Shown: positions 17,402 to 25,003 of the stretch, piece after piece
Layout: every line of letters begins with the position of its first letter
Position numbering within the stretch: the first letter of the stretch is position 1
NCBI GenBank assembly: GCA_001818235.1
Contig: MHJY01000010.1
Location: 17,609-81,608, forward strand
Direction: 5' to 3'
From: Candidatus Jacksonbacteria bacterium RIFOXYB2_FULL_44_15
Lineage (GTDB): Bacteria; Patescibacteriota; Patescibacteriia; UBA9629
Length of the DNA stretch: 64,000 nucleotides
Made by a program: the position numbers and the translations under genes
The notes under the pieces: model-generated
What the model saw: only the letters and a program-made list of their open reading frames with translations
Databases searched by the model: none
Told to the model about the DNA's origin: nothing

Positions 17402-18916
17402 CTAGCGAGCATATTCATCCACTCGAGTCTCGCGAATAACTGTGACTTTTATCTCGCCTGGATAAGTCATCTCCCGCTCGATGCGATCAGCGATATCGCG
17501 CGCCAGTTTTAATGCCTCTAAATCGCCGATCTCTTGCGGGGTAACGAAAACGCGAACTTCCCGACCGGCATAAATGGCGTAAGCATGCTCGACTCCTTTA
17601 AATTGCCGCGCTGTATCTTCCAGCTCTTTTAACCGTTGAATGTAATGCTCGTAAGTGTCTTTTCTGGCTCCTGGACGCGAACCGGAGATGGCATCAGATA
17701 CTTTATTGATGATTCCTTCCAGACTTTTTGGCCCATCTTGATGATGTGACAACGCCAAATAGGCAATCTCTTCCGGCAGGTTAAACTTTTTCATTATCTC
17801 GTATCCAATTTCCGGATGTGAACCCTGAACTTCGTGATCAACCGCTTTGCCGATATCGTGGAGTAATCCGCCTTTAGCGCAGATGGACACGTCAGCGCCC
17901 AATTCCTCGGCCAACATCTTTGATATTAACGCGACTTCAATTGAATGTTGTAAAACATTTTGGCCATAACTGGTCCGGTATTTTAACCGGCCTAAAATAC
18001 GGATTAATTTTGGATCTAAACCAACTACTCCGGCCTGATAAGCGGCCTCTTCGCCGGCCTTGCGAATATCGTTGGCCAATTCAACTTTAGCTTCTTTGAT
18101 GGTTTCCTCAATCCGTCCCGGGTGAATCCGGCCGTCTAAAATTAATTTTTCCAGAGCAATCCGGCAAACGTGCCGGCGGATCGGATTAAATCCAGAAATC
18201 CAGATGGTATCCGGCGTTTCGTCAATCACGATTTCGGTGCCGGTCAACCGCTCCATCGTTTTAATATTGCGGCCTTCTTTACCGATGATTCTCCCTTTCA
18301 TTTCCTCGGTCGGGATAGTTACGGCCGTAATCGTTGTCTCTTGGGCAACAGCCGAAGCTACTCTCTGCATCGCCACCGCCAACAAACTTCTTGATTTGCG
18401 GTCAACTTCGTCAGAGGACTGCCCTTCCATCTTGCGGATTCTGGCCGCCAGTTCATCACGGATCCGATCCTCGGTGTTTTTAAACAAAACTTCCTTCGCC
18501 TCGTCAATGGTTAACCCCGCGATCTTTTCAAGTTTCTCCAGTTGCTGAGTTTTTATTTGGGTTACCTTTTCCTTTAGTTCTTCAATTTTTTTAACCCGAT
18601 CTGCGTACTGCTCTTTTGATCGTTCCAATTCCAAAAATTTTGCATCAAATGTTTCTTCGCGATTTTCCAAGCGCTGCTGGCGTTTGCGCAATTCATCTTT
18701 GGTTTCCGTTTCCTCGCGCTTAGCTTCTTCTATAATTTGTAAAGCCTTTTCCTTACCCTGAATAGTTAACTCTTTTTCCTTATCCTTGGCTTTCTCGATA
18801 ATGTCTTTCGCGCGCCGCTCAACATTTTGCGCGTATTTGGTAGCTAAAAAAAGTCGCAGAAAGTAGCCGATTAGAATCCCGGCTACCACTGCGGTTAATA
18901 CCGCTGCTAGCAACAT
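17402..18916 (-). CDS. rny: Ribonuclease Y
   Basis: N-terminal transmembrane segment, coiled-coil, KH domain (IGKEGRNIK) and HD domain (LLHDIGKA). Confidence 0.9.
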   Translation of the reverse strand: MLLAAVLTAVVAGILIGYFLRLFLATKYAQNVERRAKDIIEKAKDKEKELTIQGKEKALQIIEEAKREETETKDELRKRQQRLENREETFDAKFLELERSKEQYADRVKKIEELKEKVTQIKTQQLEKLEKIAGLTIDEAKEVLFKNTEDRIRDELAARIRKMEGQSSDEVDRKSRSLLAVAMQRVASAVAQETTITAVTIPTEEMKGRIIGKEGRNIKTMERLTGTEIVIDETPDTIWISGFNPIRRHVCRIALEKLILDGRIHPGRIEETIKEAKVELANDIRKAGEEAAYQAGVVGLDPKLIRILGRLKYRTSYGQNVLQHSIEVALISKMLAEELGADVSICAKGGLLHDIGKAVDHEVQGSHPEIGYEIMKKFNLPEEIAYLALSHHQDGPKSLEGIINKVSDAISGSRPGARKDTYEHYIQRLKELEDTARQFKGVEHAYAIYAGREVRVFVTPQEIGDLEALKLARDIADRIEREMTYPGEIKVTVIRETRVDEYAR

Positions 18917-19290
18917 AACCTTGTCAAAAACATATCTTAATTAGACTAATACTCTCTTGGTGCTGACGTTGAAGGGTAAACAAAAAATCCTATTGGACGC
19001 AATAAGTGTAGAATGAGTTCTTGATAAATAATAATAGGTTTATAAGAGGCAAGGATGCGCGACAGGCAATACCATCCTGTCGAATATTTGAGACCATAAG
19101 GCAAAAATAAACCAATAAACTCATCTCTACGCCGAATTAACTTAATCATCTGATTCCGTTACTAGCGACCATGATGCGTAGAGGAACTAAAAGATTACCC
19201 TAATTAAGAATATGGTTTTAAATTAATTAATAATTTGAGTTTAGCAGGTTTAATTTAAAAAGTCAAAAAAACCTTAATTTAAGCGATGAA

Positions 19291-20781
19291 TTAAGCAATG
19301 CCCAAAACTTGGCGCACCACTGCCCGATCATCCCATGGCACCAAACATTCCCTCACTGCCATCACCTCTTCACAACCCTTGCCGGTTAAAACAATCACCT
19401 CTTTCGGTTTGGCCAAGGCAACCGCTTTTTCGATCGCCTTGCGCCGGTCTAAAATTTTCCAATAGTTTTGATTTATCTGACGATTCAAATCACTTTTGAC
19501 GCCCACTTCCACTTGGTTCATGATTTCCGCTGGGTCATCATCATAAGGATCCTCGTTAGTGATAATTACATATTTGGCATACTTCGCCGCCAAGCTCCCT
19601 AATTTCGGCCGCTTAGCTTTATCCCGGCCGCCACCGACTGCCCCTAGTACGGCAATGATTGATGAGTGCGGTTCTGGATGTTTGCCCGAACTAGGCCGAG
19701 CTTCGGGTGAGCAAAGCGAACCCCGACTGAGCGAAGCGAAGGAGTTTGAGGCCAGTGAGGGTAAATATCCAGAACCACGCACCGATAAAATCGTTTCGTA
19801 TACCTTCTCCAAAGCCGCCGGATCATGGGCGTAATCAACTATAACTGTTATATCGCGCTTAGAATCATAAATCACCTCCATTCGACCAGGCACTCCAACC
19901 ATTTTTTCCAAGGCCTGCTGGATTATTTTGATTTCAACTCCCTGCAATAACCCGACCGCGATTGCCGCTAAACAATTATAAATATTAAACTCGCCCAACA
20001 AATTTGTTTTAAAATGATATTTTTGATTCTCATACTCCAAATCAAATTCTGACCCTTGCGCCAGCAACTTACAGTCCGTCGCTATAATTTTTTTGAAATT
20101 TGATATTTGATTTTTGAAATTTTTTTCGGATTTCGGATTTCGGATTTCGGATTTTACCCCGTATCCCCACTTCTCATCCGCCTCAAACTTAACGAAGTAT
20201 TCCGCCTGCTCATCATCCAGATTCACGACGCTGACCTTTTTAGCGTCATTGCGAGGAGCAAAGTGACGAAGCAATCTTGAGTATAATTCTTGACCTTTGA
20301 GCGCCGCAAATAACCGCCCTTTTGCCTCTTTGTATTTTTCGAAAGACCCGTGGGATTCGATATGCTCTGGGGTGAGATTTGTAAAAACAACTGTTTGATA
20401 ATTTATGCCCCAATGGCGGTATTGTTTAATGCCTTCAGAAGTTGTTTCGATCACCGCGTACTGACAGCCAGCTTTGACCATTTCTCTCAGCAACTTTTGC
20501 AACCGAAACCGGCCTTGCATACCTTGTTTTGTGCGGTTGATCCATGATTTATCAGCAATTTTAAAATTGATTGAGGTAGTTAAACCAACCTTGTTGCCGG
20601 CCTCAGTCAAAATTTCCCAAATAAGGTTACAAGTCGTTGTCTTGCCGTTAGTACCGGTCACGCCGATTACTTTTAGCCGCCGGCTCGGAAAACCATAAAA
20701 TACATTCGCCAACACAGCCAAGGTTTTATGATAAAGCAAGATGATTGATTCGGGAACAAATTTTCGAAGTAATTTTTTCAT
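19291..20781 (-). CDS. murE: Mur ligase family protein (MurE-like UDP-MurNAc-tripeptide synthetase) carrying two in-frame repetitive insertions
   Basis: P-loop VIGVTGTNGKTTT, DYAHDP, GGGRDKAKRP and a C-terminal NEDPYDDDP motif. The start is moved to the ATG at 20781 because the ATG at 20808 lies inside the upstream repeat. Confidence 0.75.
   Translation of the reverse strand: MKKLLRKFVPESIILLYHKTLAVLANVFYGFPSRRLKVIGVTGTNGKTTTCNLIWEILTEAGNKVGLTTSINFKIADKSWINRTKQGMQGRFRLQKLLREMVKAGCQYAVIETTSEGIKQYRHWGINYQTVVFTNLTPEHIESHGSFEKYKEAKGRLFAALKGQELYSRLLRHFAPRNDAKKVSVVNLDDEQAEYFVKFEADEKWGYGVKSEIRNPKSEKNFKNQISNFKKIIATDCKLLAQGSEFDLEYENQKYHFKTNLLGEFNIYNCLAAIAVGLLQGVEIKIIQQALEKMVGVPGRMEVIYDSKRDITVIVDYAHDPAALEKVYETILSVRGSGYLPSLASNSFASLSRGSLCSPEARPSSGKHPEPHSSIIAVLGAVGGGRDKAKRPKLGSLAAKYAKYVIITNEDPYDDDPAEIMNQVEVGVKSDLNRQINQNYWKILDRRKAIEKAVALAKPKEVIVLTGKGCEEVMAVRECLVPWDDRAVVRQVLGIA
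19666..19782. mobile_element. 117-bp MITE-like element with 14-16 bp terminal inverted repeats, inserted in-frame in the Mur ligase gene (family B)
   Basis: Left TIR gtgcggttctggat (19666-19679) and right TIR atccagaaccacgcac (19767-19782). 117 = 39 codons with no stop. It encodes RGSGYLPSLASNSFASLSRGSLCSPEARPSSGKHPEPHS just before the conserved GGxRD motif. Confidence 0.6.
20095..20160. repeat. Tandem heptamer (cggattt x4) plus gaaattt-type repeats, in-frame inside the Mur ligase gene
   Basis: Encodes the low-complexity segment SEIRNPKSEKNFKNQISNFKK between conserved Mur ligase blocks. Confidence 0.6.
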
Positions 20782-20805
20782 GAACAGAACCTGCCCGAAA
20801 TTTGT

Positions 20806-20830
20806 CATTCCGAGCTTGTCGAGGAATCGC
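20806..20830 (-). repeat. Family-A motif copy between the FISUMP gene stop and the Mur ligase start
   Basis: On the minus strand it reads GATTCCTCGACAAGCTCGGAATGAC, 22 nt 5' of the Mur ligase ATG. Confidence 0.6.
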
Positions 20831-20835
20831 TTTTC

Positions 20836-21753
20836 TCAGTCCTTGAGGCAACGGACTGAAACGCCGTATAACTTATCCTCGCGCCTTCGGGCAACTGTAT
20901 AACCACCTTCGTCCAAACTTCGTATCCAGGCAGATGTCCCTCTCTCTGAAGACGACCAGAAAGAGGCGTGCATACCGCCAAAGGGGCCATTAGTGCCCCG
21001 GACGCCAGGCAACAAGGCATTAAACCCAGAGCCGCCGCCCAATTTTAACTTAAAGCCTTCGTCAGTGCCACCTCCGCCTGTGCCAATGCTATTATCCCCA
21101 TACGTATACGGAAAAGAAAGAGCGCACAAAGCGGTGTATTCATCATGAGTGGGAATATGCCAGCCAGACGGACACAGGCATTCTGGGTAACTGTTATATG
21201 CACTGGCCACAATCCATCGATGTCGTCCGTCATCTGCACTGCAATTGCTATCTATTTCAAAACAATATTTGTCTATAATTTTACTATTAATCTTGTTTAC
21301 GCAGACCGCCCGTTCCAAAGTGGTGTATTCATCATGGGTGGGAATATGCCAGCCAGACGGGCACAGTCCTTGTGCTCCTGGCGTAGTGGAATAAGCCATG
21401 GCCTCGTCCCATTGATATAATCCGCCCCCTTCATCACAGTAACTATCTTTGTTTAAATAACAGTATTTTTCTATAATGCCATTATTAGTCTGGTCTACGG
21501 CGCCGGCTATTTTAGCGCCAATGTTTAAATTTTCGGCAAACCAACATTGAGTACCAATGTAGACAGTGGCGTAGCTTTGGCCGCCATATTCAATCGAATC
21601 CCCACACGCCCATAAAGGTGGATAGTCAATTTGGTCTGAAGACGAGTTGTTAATTTTGTTCAAAATAAAAACTGCGCCGACAGCGATCATCAATACCAAG
21701 ATAAATGCGATTAACGATCTTTTTGTAAAAGAGAAAAAATTATATTTAGGCAT
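20836..21753 (-). CDS. FISUMP (Fibrobacter succinogenes major paralogous, TIGR02145) domain protein with N-terminal membrane anchor
   Basis: CPSGWHIPTHDEYT occurs twice, with a C-terminal FWSSSE...AW.RSL...SVRCLKD signature. A roughly 50-bp internal direct repeat lies at 21150-21200 and 21310-21365. Confidence 0.7.
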   Translation of the reverse strand: MPKYNFFSFTKRSLIAFILVLMIAVGAVFILNKINNSSSDQIDYPPLWACGDSIEYGGQSYATVYIGTQCWFAENLNIGAKIAGAVDQTNNGIIEKYCYLNKDSYCDEGGGLYQWDEAMAYSTTPGAQGLCPSGWHIPTHDEYTTLERAVCVNKINSKIIDKYCFEIDSNCSADDGRHRWIVASAYNSYPECLCPSGWHIPTHDEYTALCALSFPYTYGDNSIGTGGGGTDEGFKLKLGGGSGFNALLPGVRGTNGPFGGMHASFWSSSERGTSAWIRSLDEGGYTVARRREDKLYGVSVRCLKD

Positions 21754-22008
21754 AATGCTATAGTAATGAGATAATTTTCAAACCGTTTGAAAATTTATTC
21801 ATTTAGTATTTAAAATTCGTAAATTTAAAATTAAAACCATAACTTGGCGCCTATTTGCTGTTCTTTCTTTTCATTAATCCCAGTGTAACATTGACTATCT
21901 AAATTATCAATAAAGGATCAACAAAAAAAGCCATTAAAAATTTTTGTTGTCTGGGCGATTAACAAAAAAATTTAATGGCTGTCATTTCGTTATTTAATTT
22001 AGCAACTA

Positions 22009-22236
22009 CTACTTTTCGGTTCCGGCGATGAGGTTAGAAATGTGCTCGCGTACGATCGCCAGCATCTCTGGATCATTATCAACAAATTCACTGACGACCT
22101 TTGCCATGGCTAATGGCTTAGGATCTTCCAAATATTTTGGCCCCTCGATTGATATTGCTTCCACTGCAATTGTAATCTCAGCCGACATAACTTGATCGCC
22201 ATCAAGATATTTTATTGAAATTATTTTAAATACCAC
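22009..22236 (-). CDS. Hypothetical small protein
   Basis: 75-aa ORF in an otherwise empty stretch upstream of ddl. No recognisable motif. Confidence 0.3.
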   Translation of the reverse strand: MVFKIISIKYLDGDQVMSAEITIAVEAISIEGPKYLEDPKPLAMAKVVSEFVDNDPEMLAIVREHISNLIAGTEK

Positions 22237-22308
22237 ACAACATCCCTCCTTTTCTCAAAAACTTTCGCCCAGTAGACGTATACTAACATTTTCCTGTCTT
22301 TTGTCAAA

Positions 22309-23361
22309 TCAACTCGCCATCTCTATCAATTTATCCAAAAGTTGTGTAAATGACATCCCGCTAGCCGCCGCAGCTTTGGGAAAAAGACTGGCGCTGGTGA
22401 GGCCGGGTATGGTATTAACCTCCAAAACATAAAGCTCGCCAGCTTCTGTCAGAATCATATCTACGCGCGAAAAATGGCGACACTGCAGGGCGTTATGGGC
22501 GCGCAAAGCTAATTGCTGGGCTTGTTTAAATGATTTTGCTGGAATTGGCGCTGGCACGATTTCATCAACCAAATCTGGCGCGTACTTAACTTCGTAGTTA
22601 AACCAGTCACCGGCGCGTTTAGGCCGAATCTCAATCACCGGCAAGGCTTGATCGCCTAAAACCGGCACTGTTAGCTCCCGGCCTTTGATAAATTTCTCGA
22701 CAATAACTTCGCCTTTATTATCCGTGGCGATCGCCAGTTTTATTGCAGATGGTAATTCTGATTTATTTTTGACAATGGTAACGCCGACGCTGGAACCCAA
22801 ATTCACCGGCTTAACCACGCACGGGATTTTAATTTTGTTTATAATTTGATTTGAGTTTTCTTGGTTTACCGCCCAAGATTCTGGGGTGGGAATGTTCTCT
22901 GCTTTAAAAACTTTTTTCGCCATCACTTTATCCATCGCCAAAGCCGAGGACAGGGTGTCTGATCCGACAAACGGCACACCCCACAATTCCAAAAACCCCT
23001 GAACTGTGCCGTCTTCGCCAAAAGGCCCGTGCAACACCGGAAAAACCACGCCTATTTGGCTTATAGAACTCTTATTTTTTGACAATTGACCTTCACTCCC
23101 GCGCAAAGCAGTCAAACTTTTACTGATATCAAAAGCCGCCTTCGTCTTGCTGTCCAGCATTTGCGGTTTAAGGCCGCCGGAGTTGATCAAATATTTGGTT
23201 GACTCCCCGGTTGAAAGCCAGCGTCCGGTTTTATCAATCGCCACCGCAATAACGTTATATTTGTTTCGGTCTAAATGGGCAATCACCGAGGCCGCGGAAT
23301 TAATCGAGACATCATGCTCCCCGCTTTTCCCGCCGAATAAAATCAAAATATTTTTTTTCAT
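22309..23361 (-). CDS. ddl: D-alanine--D-alanine ligase
   Basis: ILFGGKSGEHDVS N-terminus and an ATP-grasp motif set (EVNTIPG). Confidence 0.9.
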   Translation of the reverse strand: MKKNILILFGGKSGEHDVSINSAASVIAHLDRNKYNVIAVAIDKTGRWLSTGESTKYLINSGGLKPQMLDSKTKAAFDISKSLTALRGSEGQLSKNKSSISQIGVVFPVLHGPFGEDGTVQGFLELWGVPFVGSDTLSSALAMDKVMAKKVFKAENIPTPESWAVNQENSNQIINKIKIPCVVKPVNLGSSVGVTIVKNKSELPSAIKLAIATDNKGEVIVEKFIKGRELTVPVLGDQALPVIEIRPKRAGDWFNYEVKYAPDLVDEIVPAPIPAKSFKQAQQLALRAHNALQCRHFSRVDMILTEAGELYVLEVNTIPGLTSASLFPKAAAASGMSFTQLLDKLIEMAS

Positions 23362-23648
23362 AAGCTTCCTGATTTTTTAATGAGCGAAAGTTGCAACCGC
23401 GTATCCAATGCTTCCGCGATTTTATGCAAAAAAGCTAGGCTGGGATTATAGGTTCCACTCTCAAGCCGAGAAATGGCAGATTGTCTCGTGCCAACTTTTT
23501 CCGCAATCTCCTTTTGCGTTAAACCTTTCTCCAAGCGCTTTTGAATGAGCGTATTAATCAAAGCAAACTCCGGTTCTAACGCATCATAAGCATTTTTAAT
23601 TTTTTTATCTTTCAATAATTTACTTTTTAATTGACGATAGGTTTTCAT
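23358..23648 (-). CDS. XRE-family helix-turn-helix transcriptional regulator
   Basis: LTQKEIAEKVGTRQSAISRLESG. It overlaps ddl by ATGA. Confidence 0.7.
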   Translation of the reverse strand: MKTYRQLKSKLLKDKKIKNAYDALEPEFALINTLIQKRLEKGLTQKEIAEKVGTRQSAISRLESGTYNPSLAFLHKIAEALDTRLQLSLIKKSGSL

Positions 23649-23819
23649 GATGGCAGTATAACGTATATGTTATATTATGTCAATTATCTTCATATTTTAA
23701 TTAAGCATTGCAATTTTTGTTTAGCGACACGGAGTTCTTTTTGCAATATCTTTTGTGTTTTTTTGATAAAACCGTGTAAGAGCACAATCTTTATATCCAT
23801 AAAAACGATGCAGTCTCAT

Positions 23820-24947
23820 TTAAACTAAAACTCGTGGAATCAACGGATTAATTCGCGTGACGATTTCGTAATTTATGCTGTCAATTTTAGCGGCCATTTC
23901 TTCCGCTGTTATCTGCTCCCCGCCACTCCTGCCAATCAACACCACTTCATCGCCGACTACGGCGTCCAAAGCTTTTGAGGCGTCGACCACTGTTTGATTC
24001 ATGCAAACCCGGCCAACAATCGGCAACCGCTGGCCGCGTACCAAAACCTCGCCTATATTGGAAAGCCCCCGATCCAAACCGTCCCAATAGCCAACCGGAA
24101 TAACCGCTAAGCGCATCGGACGAGGCGTTACAAAAGTGCAGTTATAACTCACGCCAACATTAGCCGGGACATCTTTGACCTGAACGATTTTTGTCTTCCA
24201 CTCAAGTGCTGGCTTGAGACTAAAATCAGAACAGCGTTTGCCTATCAAATCACGGCTCCACAGCGACGGATAAAAACCGTAAAGACCCAATCCCAGCCGC
24301 AGACTATTCCCGGGCAAACCGCCAAACAAAGCGCCGGGCGTATTGCCAAGATGTAAATATGGTATTTTGATCTTCTCAGTCTCCAACCACGTTACCAACT
24401 TCGCAAAATTCTCTATCTGCAATCGAGTATAGTCGGCATCACTGTCGCCAGAGGCCAAGTGACTGTATAAACCCTGCACCATTAAAAATTTTGACTTCTG
24501 CGCTGATTTGATAAACTCGGCCGCGTCTTCCATTCGTACGCCGAAACGCGACATGCCAGTATCAATTTTAAGGTGAATTTTAAAAATTTGCTGATACTTA
24601 GATCCTAGATCATTTAAAATTTTTAGCAAGCTGATCTCGTTGACCGCTATCTCAATATTTTGCGCGGCTACTTTAATCAGTTGATCGGCATCAGCGCGAT
24701 CATAATTCCCTAAAACCAGTATTGGCTTCTTGATCAACCGCGCGCGCAACTTCAGCGCTTCTTCAATAGACGCCACTGCCAAATAATCAACTTTCTCTTG
24801 GATAATTGAGGCCACTTCGGCCATGCCATGGCCATAAGCGTTGCTCTTAACTACGCCCAATAGAAAAAAATCAGGAGATATAATCCTCCGAAACTGCTCT
24901 AAATTATGCTTGATACTATCTCGCGAAATCTCGACTTTAGTTAACAT
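23820..24947 (-). CDS. alr: Alanine racemase
   Basis: VVKSNAYGHG PLP-lysine motif, with a TIM-barrel plus C-terminal beta domain pattern. Confidence 0.9.
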   Translation of the reverse strand: MLTKVEISRDSIKHNLEQFRRIISPDFFLLGVVKSNAYGHGMAEVASIIQEKVDYLAVASIEEALKLRARLIKKPILVLGNYDRADADQLIKVAAQNIEIAVNEISLLKILNDLGSKYQQIFKIHLKIDTGMSRFGVRMEDAAEFIKSAQKSKFLMVQGLYSHLASGDSDADYTRLQIENFAKLVTWLETEKIKIPYLHLGNTPGALFGGLPGNSLRLGLGLYGFYPSLWSRDLIGKRCSDFSLKPALEWKTKIVQVKDVPANVGVSYNCTFVTPRPMRLAVIPVGYWDGLDRGLSNIGEVLVRGQRLPIVGRVCMNQTVVDASKALDAVVGDEVVLIGRSGGEQITAEEMAAKIDSINYEIVTRINPLIPRVLV

Positions 24948-24953
24948 AAATTG

Positions 24954-24978
24954 TCATCCCGAGCTTGTCGAGGGACCC
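24954..24978 (-). repeat. Family-A motif copy immediately upstream of alr
   Basis: On the minus strand it reads GTCCCTCGACAAGCTCGGGATGACAA and ends 4 nt before the alr ATG. Confidence 0.55.
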
Positions 24979-25003
24979 CTTTCCTCATTAAGAGCTTCAC
25001 CCT

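Noticed and set aside
20806-20808. ORF-track start codon for the Mur ligase gene
   Set aside because: This ATG is formed by the reverse complement of the repeat core (gtCATtcc). The downstream ATG at 20781 gives a conventional N-terminus (MKKLLRKF...) and leaves the motif in the 5' leader, consistent with other loci.
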